Notes: a model not told the origin generated them from the sequence alone. A DNA stretch of 64,000 bases from Novakomyces olei (GCA_016906335.1 JADEYG010000002.1:682001-746000), one strand, 5' to 3'. Shown: positions 31,810-48,613, counted from the first letter of the stretch. Numbers and translations: made by a program.

Positions 31810-33816
31810 CCTGAGAGTACGTTGGAACGCGTAAAAGGCAACTAAACACTGTCAAGTCAGGTTGCTGATACACTTGCTGAATACAAAGCCTGGAGAAATG
31901 CCAAGTTAAAATTAAATATTAAATAAAAAATTGCTTAAAGCAAGAGATCTTACCTCCTCAAACGAGACCGTCGATCGCTCAGTATTGCGAGTGAGGAACC
32001 AATAAACAAAACGTTTGAGCGATAGTGTAGAAATTTGGCTGATTTTCAGGAATAAAATCTGCCTGAAGAATAAGTAGAATCGAATTTATCAACCGTAAAC
32101 TTTTTCGCGTAACAATATCACATGCCGCTAAACCAGCGTCCAAATCCAAACAGTCTTCACGCGGACTTTGAAACCAAAAAATAAGGATAATAAATGAGGA
32201 AGGCTCTAACGGTCTGGAACACGCGTATCCTTTTGCCTGTGCCGATCAGCAGCCAGATAAAGCCCTCTGCAATGCCACGTTTTAAAAGTACGAGGCAACA
32301 GGAGAGTCGGCTTAGAAAATTGATGGGATTGAATCGAATTTAATTCTTTGTCGCGTATATATATATTCCGCACAAAATGCTGTTTTCCTGATTATAGCCT
32401 TTTGCAATCAAAAGGGAATTTGATTACCGAAGGATAGCTTGAAATGGCTGACGACCTTTAATATAATCACGCTTTATCAACGGTGGAATTATTTGAATGC
32501 TTCGGAATTGTCTCTGTTTTGTGCTGTGGCGACAGTTTAAATATAAATACCGATGATAACACAAAAACCCATGAAGCGCGCTAAAGAGAATGCCAAAAGA
32601 AAAGCAAAGGCCGAGTCGCGATATGACGCGTAGCGCGGCGATTCGGTATGATGAAGCGATTAATTATTAATCCGAATTGGGATAGGCTTCTATTGCCGAC
32701 AAAAGCCAGTAAAGGCTCTATTAGCCCGATTGAGATCATTTAAACAAGATCCCCTGCGTCTGTGGGTGGAACTAGGAAGGTGACTTGATGTGTTGTTCCC
32801 AAAAAGGTCGATCTTCGTCCGCAATCAATCAAGTGGATGATATTGATAATGAATATCGGTATATTCTCAAAAAGTTAATACAAGAATACACTGCTTAATA
32901 AAGTGGGAGAAAAAATAGACGACGCCATTGGTTCTGAGGGATACACGAAATGCTCGAGTGTGTGCTTATAGCGCACAGGGCTTGCAGTGCCTTGCGTTCT
33001 AACTATGCTCCAAAATATTACCGGCACCATTGTTAATGAAGCCCTTCAAAGGGGCCCAGTCTAGAATAAATGAAATTAAGTTAGTGGCTATTCGGGCATT
33101 ATCTCCGGTGGTCTAATCGGAATAGTTAATGATCAGCGCTCATTATCGTCGGCAAATGTGAATGGCGCTACAGTTTCGTCATATGCGTTACAAGTCTCAA
33201 CAAGGGAGCCATTGGAATTACGCTTTTGTCTCTCTTGTGTTTCAAGTGTGTGTACACATTCTTCGCCCCTGCTTTTGTACCCGCAAACGTTGGGCCATTC
33301 CGCGCGTAGTGTAAAGGCAATACGCTCCATATTTTGTTGACCCCTAACAATAATCCGTATTACTTGAGCGTCAATGCTGTGCAGTCGTGTTGACATTCTT
33401 CTATTTCACACTAGACCCAATTCGTAACTGTTCGCGAATATTACTTGTCCCGTGATAGAGCGTGAATTGACATGTACATTACTTGAGCATGGCCCTATTA
33501 TTTGTCGACGCCCACTTTTGCATCTAGCATTACGCATAAGATTTGTCATTGCTGCTACCATTGCTTGCCGGATCATGTCCAAATTGACAAATTGGCATTG
33601 TGTAATGGGGGCACACTGTCCCAGTATGTTTCGGGCGCTTTCTGATTTGCGCTCTAGTACAGTTACAGTAGAACAGTCGCAGCAATATTATAATACACTA
33701 CCAACGGCAAACTTTAGCAACTACAATACACAAAAAGTGGCAGTGAATAACGGATATACTGGTAACATATACCTATCACAAGCAGCAGACACAAAAGTGC
33801 TGCTGCCGAAAACTCC

Positions 33817-36240
33817 CTACTTGAACCGCAATTCTGCCATTATGCAAATATGATCGCTCGGGTAATGAGCATTCGGGAGACCGACCAGGCCCTTGAAGTA
33901 CTTTACGTCCACGCCGGACAGTAAAGCAGTGACTTCGAGCGATGGAGACGTAAACCAAATATAATCAATAGCTCCACGGAATCCGGGCGTGTAGTTTGTG
34001 AAGGGTAGTTCTCCAATAAGGCTATACGAAGATTTCAAATTGAACCTGTGGCTCATCCCCGTACTGGCATAGTCTCCGTACTCGTAGTCCATAAAATCCT
34101 CATGTTTTGCATGGATACTGCCCCGGCTCAGAAACTCATAGACGCCGGATCCAGGTGTAGAATTGAAATCTCCACATATAATAGTGGGAAGCTTTGCAGA
34201 CTCATGGGCGGCAGCGCTACCCACATACGCAGGCAGCTGACTTATATTCTTTGCTTCTCTTTCAGCCACACTAATCTTACTCGACTGCTTTGCAAACTGA
34301 GGCATTAGCCGCTTCAGCTCGTCCATCAGCATTGCCGCCTGTATTACTTTAACGTCTCTAAAGTACGGGTCCCAGTGAATGTGAGCGTTTGCCACTACGA
34401 GCCGGCGGCCAGTGTCCCGAGATTCCAAGAGCGTTACTGAGGCAACGTTGTCCTTGGTCATTACCCGGTTATACATATCGTGCGTTAATTTATGCTCACC
34501 TCTTTTCAGAGGAAGAGCCTGATTAAATTCGAGCACTTGCTTCTCCAGTAAATTGAACTTTTCAGTCTTGAAAAAGGTAGCGCATCCATCAACGAGCCTC
34601 CGCTCCGGTTCTCCCATCGTGCGAGCTCTTGATTTCGTGTAGTGGATGCCCCGGTAGCCTTTCAACGCTAATTGTGGGGCAAAATAATCCTCGAAATTTG
34701 CTACATCAACCTCCTGCAGACATATAATATCGGCATCATAGCCCTGCAGCTCTTGCAAGATCAGCTCTTTCCTGTAAGACCAGGCCAGTGCCCACGACGG
34801 CGTGTACCCGTACATTTGGGGCGTAGCCATTTTGTTGCACAGGACATTGTAACTCATGGCAGAGAACCGTTCACTCTTTTTGCCTTTATTTTGGCTGTTA
34901 TTATTAGCGCTCGTCTTTGCTGCGTCAGCTTGCTTCCTCTCCTCCGACTGGGTATCGCGGCTCTCAACATCAATAGATTCGTCATTATTATCAAAGTCAT
35001 TATTGTCCTTTTCATTGCTATTTTCATCGTTTTCATAATCCACTCTGGCCCTCTCTCCCACTTCATCCTGCTCGTCCGCAATCAGAGAATTCCATTCACG
35101 GTTCGGCGGAGGCATAGGTACAGGACATGAATCCCTTAGAGCAGCGATAAAGGCCACTGTCCCGGATTCTATCAGTCTCTGCCTGTACTCGGGGTGCAGT
35201 GGATTGCCGTCAACTCCCAATATCTCCAGTCGGTAAAGCTGGCCAAACTCATAGGGCACAACGGTGAGCAGGTTATCAAACAACAGCAGCTCTCGCAGCT
35301 CTGTCAGCTGCCCCATCTCTGGAGGCAACGATTCCAATTGATTATCAGACAAGTCCAAATGGACCAAATTGCTCAGGTCTCGAACACTTGCGGAAATATG
35401 CTGCAGCTTGTTGTGCGCAAGAAACAGATGTGTAAGGAAGTGGAACCGGAATACTCCGCTTGAAACATTACGTGTCCCGATCCCAGAAACATCGAGGCTT
35501 TTCCATCCGTAGCCTGACCCGTCTGGACCATTAGTCTCGCCCCGGCGTTCTGCCTCGGCCGCTGAGGCTCCAGCGGTAGCCAACTGGCTGCTGCTGTTAC
35601 TGCTATTCTTTTGCAGCTGATGATGATGTGAGGGAGTCGTGCTTCTTGCAAAGGACCGTCCCGGCGAAGCAGTAACGTCCATTATACTCGGGTACGAAGA
35701 TGCAGAAGCAGAAGAGGCTGTCGTAGTTGTCACACTGTTTTGATTACGTACTGCTTGAACGGCCAAATGTGCGTGATAATGTGGAGACTTTGTACGCCGG
35801 GAAACGGCCGCCAGTTCCATACACTTTTGCCAGTTTTCACATGCGTTGACGGTATCCGGAGCCATTGCGCCTGAAAGCATTCGCTCTCTCTCTCCTCCAG
35901 AGTTGGGAAAAGGCGAGTCGCTGCCTACAGCAGCAGCTGCCGCTGCTGCAGGATTACTAGCAAAAGAAGCGGCCAAGTCTCCGCGAACAGAGGCCGATCC
36001 GTGGCCGCCCATCATTGCACTTAGTAGAGATTGAGTAGACGCTTGCTGTGACGAAGGATTGTACGCATCGTAAGAGGGTAATTGGCCGTGCTGCTGATGG
36101 TGCTGATGCGAGTACGTCTGTGTCGGGATCTGCCTTGCCGAGGGAGAGTCTTGCAAGTGAGCAACGCCTTCATTGAGCGACCGAGCAGGACTCAATTGTG
36201 GCTGGTAGAATTTATGCTGCGGGACATTGATACTGTCCAT
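33817..36240 (-). CDS. CCR4: CCR4-NOT deadenylase subunit Ccr4 (LRR plus EEP nuclease)
   Basis: LRR repeats, SYNVLC, ICLQEV, NAHIHWDP, ICGDFNS, IDYIW, PSDH. First ATG at 36240; the ORF track start is TTG. Confidence 0.97.
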   Translation of the reverse strand: MDSINVPQHKFYQPQLSPARSLNEGVAHLQDSPSARQIPTQTYSHQHHQQHGQLPSYDAYNPSSQQASTQSLLSAMMGGHGSASVRGDLAASFASNPAAAAAAAVGSDSPFPNSGGERERMLSGAMAPDTVNACENWQKCMELAAVSRRTKSPHYHAHLAVQAVRNQNSVTTTTASSASASSYPSIMDVTASPGRSFARSTTPSHHHQLQKNSSNSSSQLATAGASAAEAERRGETNGPDGSGYGWKSLDVSGIGTRNVSSGVFRFHFLTHLFLAHNKLQHISASVRDLSNLVHLDLSDNQLESLPPEMGQLTELRELLLFDNLLTVVPYEFGQLYRLEILGVDGNPLHPEYRQRLIESGTVAFIAALRDSCPVPMPPPNREWNSLIADEQDEVGERARVDYENDENSNEKDNNDFDNNDESIDVESRDTQSEERKQADAAKTSANNNSQNKGKKSERFSAMSYNVLCNKMATPQMYGYTPSWALAWSYRKELILQELQGYDADIICLQEVDVANFEDYFAPQLALKGYRGIHYTKSRARTMGEPERRLVDGCATFFKTEKFNLLEKQVLEFNQALPLKRGEHKLTHDMYNRVMTKDNVASVTLLESRDTGRRLVVANAHIHWDPYFRDVKVIQAAMLMDELKRLMPQFAKQSSKISVAEREAKNISQLPAYVGSAAAHESAKLPTIICGDFNSTPGSGVYEFLSRGSIHAKHEDFMDYEYGDYASTGMSHRFNLKSSYSLIGELPFTNYTPGFRGAIDYIWFTSPSLEVTALLSGVDVKYFKGLVGLPNAHYPSDHICIMAELRFK

Positions 36241-36274
36241 GTTGAGTGGGTTTGAGTACAAACAAAGTCAAATT

Positions 36275-36373
36275 GAAGCAGTCAATATTGAGAAATCAAT
36301 ATTGAGCAATCAAAATGAAGCAATCAAAATGAAGTAATCAAAATGAAGCAATCAAAATGAAGCAATCAAAATT
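36275..36373. repeat. 14-bp tandem repeat (GAAGCAATCAAAAT-like), about 7 diverged copies
   Basis: Seen directly, just upstream of the CCR4 ATG. Confidence 0.85.
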
Positions 36374-37907
36374 GATAAAGATCCGTTTAGGATAGGACAA
36401 GTGGTATATGTAAAAAGAAAAGCAGAGTGAAAAGTAGGAAAGAATTCGATTAATGGCCAACAACGTAGAAACGCGAAAAGGTACACAGCACTGCAATCGC
36501 GAAATGAAGACTTTTCTGTGAGTAAAACAAGCCGGCGCCGATTCTCAGACTCCCTAAAGCGTTGAGCGAATAAGCTTCTCTGAAAAAAAAAAGAGAAAGC
36601 GGAAATATAGAGTCGAAGGAAGGGAATGTACAGATTAACGGCAGTGGAATCAATGCTCAGGCTTCCCGATCGTGCATGAGCCTAGAGCGGCGCCCGCTTT
36701 AGAAGAAAATTCAAAAAGGACCAGACTCGACTGAGGGAAGAAGACCCGTTGGAAGAAGCAGTTAGGGTTTACAAAAGAAAACTGCAACAATGACGGCGGG
36801 TGTATAGTGCCAATAGCGTGCGGAATCAGAGTTCCTTAAAGGCGACAAGGCCGTCTCGACTCTGTACTGTCGGAAAACTTGAGATCCGCGGTCGACTTTG
36901 TATTACGAATAAACCTGTCGCTTCGTACGTATTAAAACATACGCAATGAGCTTTTTATTATACACAAAAAACATATTAAAAACGCAGCTAATATAATAGC
37001 AGCAACGGCGATCCAATATAGTATGGGACAGGATAGAAAGGCACTACTTTTTTATAGAGGTCCGTTATATACAGATGTCTATTTTGCAGGAATCGAAGGG
37101 TAAAGCCGTAAATGTTTCAGTCGCGTGGGGATGCTTGTAATGATTCCCGGCTGCGTGCTGAATCAGTCTGGAATTCCTTGTTTCTATTTCTTTGGAGATA
37201 ACCTTTTAACTGTCTTTTGGATTTTAACTAGGCCAATTTTCTGTTCAAGTCTCATTATCATTGATCCTGGCTGTTTATATTTTATTTTTTTTGGCTTGAT
37301 TTTATTCTTTCCTTTATTTATTAAATTTGATTTTTATGTCTTGAGCTGCGCAGGCATCTGTGTTCAAATTTAATTGCCTTCTTTCTTGCTATTGGTAGTC
37401 ATACATGGCAACGACGAGCACTAGACCGGCCTTTTAGTGTCCAATAGATTATCTAAAAGCACGCAGACGTGCATAATAAAACAACCCAATACTTGAATGC
37501 CTGGCATTCGAAAATCGGTTATACATGATCCAGCAAAGGCAATTTTGGTAAGAATTAAAAAACTGTTGGAAAAATATTGGAAAACTATTAGAAAAATGCT
37601 TTACATTAATATAAAGGCAAAGGCCCAGTATGATCCAACTGTCCAGCTATATCGCGCCATCGCGCTCTCTGTACAGTTTACAGAAACGTCCACGAGGATC
37701 GCACTGCCTCCCAATTCGTGACAATGCAATAAAGCACACAAGCAGCCTTTGACATATACAATTACTGTGCGCTTTAGCAGCAAAAAGCCTTCTTTCTGTA
37801 ACACTCATTCTGTAAAGTTCCGCTCCGTGTATCCAGACAATTTATAGCTCCGTAAACGTTTGCGACAAGTCACAGAGTCCTAATTGAACGGGCCTGTCTT
37901 GCTGGCA

Positions 37908-38229
37908 TTAATTATAATTTCGTCGCAGAGCACGGTACCGTCGAAGCCAGTAGAGCGTATCCAGTTCTAAACCCTTGTAAGCAACCGCAATTCCAAGAAT
38001 CGAACGAACCCTTCTTTATATACTCGCCACGAGCAAACAGCCGGTCCAGCTCATGTCTGTCTGCAACATTGCGATTGGCCATAAACGCTCTGTGTACCCT
38101 GTCGCGAAACCCGCTATACCCGAAGCTGCCATTGTATTCGCGTCCCATATACAAAAGCTCCTTGTACTGCTGACGCACCTGCCGCAAATTAGGATACGGC
38201 ATTACGATAGCACTCACCCTTGGATTCAT
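37908..38229 (-). CDS. LYR-motif protein LYRM5/ETFRF1-like
   Basis: YKELLYMGREY..F..R.HRAF..N..RGEYIKK|ELDTLYWLRRYRALRRNYN* after intron 38009-37967; probable 39-nt first intron 38217-38179. Confidence 0.88.
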
Positions 38230-38415
38230 ATTGGCGAGGCATCTACCAAGGCCAGTGACGTATATAATTTGTGCCTAATTAATCGTGTCTTTTACTATTC
38301 TGTAATCAATTCGTGTCCTTATTATATTCACCATAATCCAATTATTTTATCTGTGGCAAAGTTAGGGTTAACTAGGGTTAAGCTTTCGTGCCAATTTGAC
38401 CATCCAAAAGCGACA

Positions 38416-39182
38416 ATGCACGGCCGCGTGCTGAACAGGCTCGCTGGTGCATCGTGCCGCCATTTACGGGCCCAATATGGTCCACAGATTTACAGGACGC
38501 CAATGGCGGTGCGACGTTGCTTTGGCAATGCGACTTTAATAGGCAGATCGTCGGCTATAATGCCCTTTATCTCGGAGAACGATGTAATCAAGAGCGTATG
38601 GCAGCAAACCATCTAACTGTGTAGGGACGCGCTATAATCAACTATGATATATACAGCCGGCTGCTTAAAGACCGTATCATCATCCTGAATGGCCCTATAG
38701 AGACACAAATGGCCACGCTTATTGTCGCACAATTGCTCTATCTCGAGGCGGAAGACCATGAAAAGCCGATCAGCGTCTATGTGAACTCGCCTGGAGGCGA
38801 AGTGTCGGCGGGACTGGCCGTCTATGATACAATGCAGTATATACGCTGCCCCGTATCCACAATCTGCGTGGGGCAGGCGCTCTCTGCGGCCGCTCTCGTG
38901 CTTATGGCTGGCGAACCTGGCAAACGGTTCTCCCTTCCTAATTCTAGTATTATGGTACACCAGCCCAGCTCTGGGTACAGTGGCACAGTTTCCGACGTGG
39001 CTATTCAGGCTCGAGAACTATTGCGGCTGCGAAGCCGTCTCGATCAAATTTACCTCAAGCACTTGACAAAGAATTATGATATCAGTGATATTGAAAATAT
39101 GATGGATCGCGACAAGTACATGACTGCGGACGAGGCTGTTGATGTGGGAATCATTGATAAGGTTATAACGAAGCGTGATTAG
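38416..39182 (+). CDS. clpP: Mitochondrial ClpP protease subunit, 2 exons
   Basis: Arg-rich presequence; intron 38584-38624; [25 protein letters not shown] (Ser), MVHQPS (His), MDRDKYM (Asp). Confidence 0.94.
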
Positions 39183-39196
39183 GCGTGCTAAAAGCA

Positions 39197-39352
<156 letters not shown>

Positions 39353-40061
39353 AAAAGTTAGTCAGGTTTAGTCAGGCCCTACAGAAGTCAAATGAGGCTA
39401 ACTTCTTCGCAAATTGATGGCAGCTTGCTACAACTTTTATACTAAATCAGCATTCAATATGCTAAAACAGTCTTCATCGAAGATTGATTGATTTTGATTA
39501 AAGTTATTATACATGAGTATATTTTATACGACACCTCATGGTACGACGATTCAGTACTTTGTTCAGACTTTGGTTATTCAAGCGCTCGACTATCGGACCG
39601 GCGCAGGATTTGCTGATGTTCAATCATTTAATATCACCGCTGAAGCTTGTCAATGAAAGAAGGACACAAAAATTTAAAAGCAAACAAAGAGAACATAGGA
39701 GGGACTAGTGCTCCCTTTGAATATGATTTGAAATAAAACATGGGCAAAAAATAGAAAAAATAATTGGGACCATGCTTGCAAGACACAAGCAAACAAAGGT
39801 AGAGAAATAAAACAATAATCGAGAGGAGTAAAGTAATAATATAGTGATTGCGAAATACGAAACAGAGAACAGAAATGTATTTTTAAGCAGGCAAAACCAG
39901 GTAAACAAGGCGGAGGATCTATCAGCAATATTTTCCAAACTTTTATTATTTTTTAAGCACAAATTCAGTCGCATCTCCTTTTACGCCAAACCGCCCGCCG
40001 ATGCAAAAGAAAGACTCCCTGTATTGAGCTGCACTCATGAGCGCCATATGCCCGTAAGCAC

Positions 40062-42981
<2,920 letters not shown>

Positions 42982-43578
42982 TTAAAAATGACGTTTCAAT
43001 GTGGAACAGCCGTGCCCAGACGTACGAGTCCTACGTTGATCCGTTGCTGAATATTTGCAATGTGAATGTAGGCCTGTACGATACGTACACGTTTACTTGT
43101 TTTATTATGGCGCAAAATATATAATAATAGCACTGCTTTTGTTTATATTTCGTGTGCGTTTTTTCTCTAGTTAAAATACTTTGTTTATTTTAATGCCCCA
43201 TAATATATAGTGTATTAGTTTTATCGTGTTTTACTATATGTTTTTGCATTCTATTATCTGGTTTAATATTCAATTATCTGGTTTAGTATTCAATTATTTG
43301 TAATATTCAATTATCTGTCATAATTTGCCATTTACTATAATAGTTTACAGAATATTTTTTAATTAATTTTTACACTAGACGATTCAGTCAACGTGAACAA
43401 AAGTCCGACTTTTAGAGACGCGTGCGGCCGTAAAGGCCATCCCTATAATATCCTCAGGCCGCAGACAATGTTTTGTGACCTGCCCAAAATGGCCTGCACC
43501 AAGGCTTTTAAGAGCCAAAGTGACCGTAGATCGGGGCAGAAATACGTAAGGCAAGACCATTCTATATTCACACACTGG

Positions 43579-46225
43579 CTAGTCGCTTTCTTGAATGGTT
43601 GCACTCACTGAAAGGCAAAGATTTCGTCGAGTAAATTGAACCTTGTAAACAGGCGTGTTTTTCGTATAAAATGTGTTCATTAAATCCGACCTGCAGATGA
43701 AGTCAGTCTTAATTTCAGATAATAATAACATTCGAATTGAATAGCGCTCGTTGTCTTACGTTTGCTGCTTGTCAGATCGATCATTTGATCCATAAATATT
43801 AGCACCAGCACCTAATTTCTGGTCAGTTGTTTCCGCACCGGCTGTTGTTGCCGTCGGTCCGGGAATTGTAACTGAGGGACGGGCTGTATCGTCATCGCCT
43901 GATCCGGATTTCACATCCCACACTCGTAAGGTCGTATCTGACCCTCCGCTAATAAGCACTGAGCCTTCAGCAGAAAACGAAAGCGAATAAATGGCAGAGT
44001 CTCTATCGTGGCCACGCATAGTTTTTATTTTCCGTCCACTTCCTATATCCCATAATATGATATCACCTTCATATCCTGCAAGACGTTAGCAAATTTTAAA
44101 TCCATCAAACAGTATTTAAAGCCATCAAACAGAATAAAATTGAATTAGAAGAATGCTTTGTTATTTTTCATGGTAAAATTAATTTTGGGTTGCGTTATCA
44201 AATATTGCCCCTTCTCTTCACATATTTTCCTTTTCATCGATTTTTCTTTTCTCATTTCCCTTTCCCCCGTATTACGTCCATAAAGTTAAAGCTCTTTTCA
44301 ATTTCTGCATATTCAACTTTTCAAAAGTCCTTACCAGCACTGGCCATAGTGCGCCCATCGGGTGAGACTGACAGGCACGAAACAGGCTGCGAATGCCCTG
44401 CAAAGACACGCACTGAATTGCCTCGTGCAACATCCCAGAAACGACAAGTCTTATCGCTAGATCCTGTAGCAACGTACGCTGAGTTTGGATGAAATGTAAC
44501 ACACTATCAATCGAAAAAAAAAAAAGGAATCGGTTAGTCAAAATAGCAAACAATATTTATTCTTACGTCGACATCACTTAAATGCCCTGCGAATATGCGT
44601 AATGGTTGGACGTGCTCACAGCTCCATAGTCGAGCAGTTTGATCGTTGGAAGCTGTGGCAAAGTAGTGGCCATAAGGACCAAAAGCCACGTCCCATACAG
44701 GATGATTGTGGCCCTTGTAAGCTACTAAAGCGGTCCTTGTCTCCATACTCCATAGTCTGGTCGAACGATCTTCCGAGCATGATAAAAGGTACTGACTGTC
44801 AGGGGAAAAACTGACTCCGTATACTGGACCAGAGTGGCCCACTAGTTTCCGTGTTGAAAGGCTGTCGTTTTGAACATTTGAAAGACCTGGAATACGATTA
44901 GTCAGCCAAAAATAAATAAACAAACAAGGCCTTCAATATCTCGACTTACTTTGTTGCGACTTTTTGTTGAGCGACCAAATACGCAAGTAGCTCTCACCAA
45001 ACCCCGTCGCAATCATTGAGCTATCAGCAGAAATATCGACACAATTCATGCTATCAAAAGTGTTGTGAAACGTGTACATGCAAACACTAGGCTGGTTCGC
45101 TTGTGGGCCAATGTTGATGCGGTTACGATAATCCTTTATCATTTCGATTTCAGCATTCACATCCACATTTCGATAAGGTGGAAGTGGTATAGAGTCTAAG
45201 GCTGGAGAATCCTCCTGTGCCTCCCGTTTTACTTTAGCAAATGTCTCTTGCAGTGCAGAACTAGACCCAAACAAATCGCCATTACTTTCAGCACCGGAAG
45301 GCTGCTTGGCCTGCGGTTTGTCCTCCTCTTGTTTATGGTGGAGTTCGGCTTCAATGTCTACCACCATACCCTTATCCATGGGCAAATGACCAAGTTTCAA
45401 AGGCTGGTTACTAGCTTCCCCGTTCTGTAAAAGCTCATGGCCTGCGATTCCTTCATCTTCATCAAGAATCTCTTGTGCATCGTACCGTGTAGGCTTTCCG
45501 GGAATAATCTTGATTTCCAGGTATTCGTTCATAATCCGTACAATCACGTTTCCCCTCTGTGCTTCGCGTTCAAAGATATAATGGAGTAAAAGATCAAAAG
45601 TAAATCGCGAGAAGGCTAGCCGGTACTTGTTGTGACGGAAAAGAGAAGCAAGAGGATTGCTCTCAACATGATCGGGCAAAGACAATGACGATAGAATTGA
45701 AATATCGGCCCCGTGTTCAGCGATATGGTCTTGCTTGAACTTGTTAAAAAACTCGCGTGCGAGATCTGATAACCTTCGGGAGCATAAATCAAGAAACGAA
45801 TGGACGAAAACTGGATACAGAATTCGACGCAGTTCAGGCTAAATAGCTTAGATTAAGGCATTCCAGATATCAAACAATTAAAAAGGCAGACGAAATAATT
45901 GAGCAGCAAAAAGATTCGATAAAAGGCGCGAAAATTAGAAACGTAGATACAGATAAGCAAGACTCATTTTCTGGAATTGACTAACCTTGTAGAGATCTAG
46001 TGAGCTATCGACCCAGTTTCGTAAAGAATCGTATGCCTGGTAGTACGCGTCCGGCAATTCAGTCAGCCAGGTGCTTCCACTATTACGGCCATTGGCATTA
46101 GTGGCCGTCTGGTTGGCCGCCTCCAGCCGGAACATTGCCTCAGTTCGAGCATAACCGCGTTTTGAAAGGTACTCAAGCACAATCTTGTTCAAACTCTCTT
46201 GCGAGAGAGTTTGAGGTTGCGACAT
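43579..46225 (-). CDS. TAF5: TFIID/SAGA subunit Taf5 (LisH, NTD2, WD40), 6 exons
   Basis: [57 protein letters not shown], last exon [18 protein letters not shown]. Confidence 0.95.
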
Positions 46226-47096
46226 TGCGCGGCAAAGGCGTTAAGCCTGGTAAGGCTGTGTTGGCGATTGTAGCAAAAATTTTTTCCTATAATAATTACG
46301 TCGCTTCAAGGAAAACTGCTCCGTCTATCACTCGTCCGGTGCAATGCTCTGTCGCAGTTTGGAAGAGCGTCTGTTGAACATTGCATGTAAGATTACTTAT
46401 CTTTATGTGCTGTTTATATATTTATACTTTGTATATGAGGTCGTTTTAATATATTGTAACAGCGACGCCGTTCTGCTCGTAATAAAATTGGCGATATTTT
46501 TCGGTACATGTATAAGACAGCGTGCACGAGTCCGCGAGAAGAGCAGAGCGAATGGTCGAACAAGTCAACAAGCTTTTTGTTTACCTTTAAATTTCTATTT
46601 ATCTTCTTTCTTTTTCTACTTCATTTTATTTTATTATTTAATTTTACGTCTACCTACCTGTTCTTAGAAAACTTGCATGATTGTCGCGCTATTCTATCAT
46701 TTTGCTGTTCAACACATAAAGTAAACAAAATGATTTAGAGAAACCATCGCAAAGGACGCAAAGCCATATAAAATCCTACTCGAAGGATAAATGAAAAATA
46801 CACATTGACGAGCGCCATCTGACGCCACACTGAGAAAATCAACAAAGTCTCCGAAAGAATAAATTAAAAAAAAAAAGAAAATTATTGATAGGTATTGATT
46901 TTCGCTGTCAAAATGGTTTATCAACCATCAACCATAAACAGCTCTATACTCGAGCACGTGACACCATTTGGTAATATTATTCACTCCAACGCACATTCAC
47001 TTGGCTATCAGCGCAAGTAATCTTCTACGTCAGACGTCCAACGCGAAACGAACAAGGCAGACTTCGCGTTTGGCGGCCGCCTTTACTGTGTGCGAA

Positions 47097-48613
47097 ATGA
47101 GCACAGAAGAAGCGACAGGCTTAAAGTCTGAACAACAGAGAGGTCGGCTTGAATCTGAGCCAGCGCCAAATGGTGAAGACCGATCAAATATCGACCAGCA
47201 AAACAAAAACCCTGACGATGACGACAGATCGGCAGTGGAGGATTACAGTGGGATGGATCTCGAATTTTCCTTTCTGACACTGTTTGATTTCAGCGACGTC
47301 GTCTCTGACATTAACATTGATCGATACTTTGAAGTAGGCTAAGGAAATACGAGATTGAGTGTGGGCTGACGGATAGAAACTGAATAAATGGAAAAGAAGC
47401 ATTCAAAATAAGAGCGAAGCATTGCAAAAAGGCATTCGGCCCGAGGCAATCCGAGTTGAAACTGAACGCGCAAAATTCAAGGTATACGAGCATCTTAATC
47501 AGCTGCAAAAAACATGGCGATCCGGGTCCGTTGTACGCACTCGGGAAAAGTTCTCGTTTGTTCTTGGTGTCGGCAATTTATTCGGAATCACTCTTTGCTT
47601 GGGCATGTGGCCCCAGCTCATGCACATTGTCTACTCTGTAGAGATGGCTTTATTCATGCCTTTAAGGTACATGAAATCTGGTAAACTTATCGGCTCTTGC
47701 TAATCAAGAGATACATTACCTATCACCGCCGCGGCTATCAATACTTCATCGCCGATCTGTGTTATTGGGTGAATCTGATGGTATGAGAAACGCAAATGCT
47801 ATGTCTAACAGTGGCTTTAAGCTTCTTCTATGGCTGTGGGTATTCCCTTCTTCCAGCCACTTGCTTGTAGCGACCTTTTACCTTTCGTTCGGATCGCTTG
47901 CATGGGCAATTATCGCATGGAGGAACTCGCTCGTATTTCATTCACTGTAAGCCCTCTCTTGAAAAGAACGGTTTCCATATCCTTTTATTCTAAATAAATG
48001 ATCATTAGGTTTCTAACTCTTCAGGGATAAAATTGTCAGTTTATTCATCCACATTATGCCACCTCTCGTACTGCATGTCATTGTGCACATGCTGCCGCGC
48101 AACAAAGCTCTTGTTCGGTTTAAAGGTCTTGCTCATCTGAATCAAATTGCTCTGGCTCCAGCAATCGGAGTCACTTGTATGGCCTATTTGACATGGCAAG
48201 TGCTCTACTACGTATTTATTCAAGTACGCAGACGCGATAAAATTGCGGCAGGACGACCAACGTCTTTTACTTGGTTATTAAAGGCATATTCAAACACATG
48301 GATCGGCCAAATTGTTTTGCGATTGCCGACTGGATTGCAGCCATTTGCTTACATGAGCATTCAGTTTTTGTATGCTCTTGTAACAATGCTGCCCTGCCCG
48401 TTGTTTTTTGCAGATAAACGTTCCTGTGTAGCTTTCCTGCTTTTAGTGTTTGCATGGTCTGTTTGGAACGGTGCCAGCTACTACGTAGAGGTGTTTGGAC
48501 GTCGATTTGAAAAGGAACTTGATGCCTTGAGAGCCGAATTAGCCGAATGGCAGGCAGAAGACGGTAGTAAAGACGCGTCCACAACAGATACAAAGAAGGT
48601 TAAGAAAGGCTGA
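47097..48613 (+). CDS. GPC1: Glycerophosphocholine acyltransferase Gpc1 (DUF2838), multi-exon
   Basis: REKFSF..GV, YQYFIADLCYWVN, AWRNSLVFHS, SLFIHIMPP, GRPTSFTWL, WNGASYYVEVFGRRF. Confidence 0.9.
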
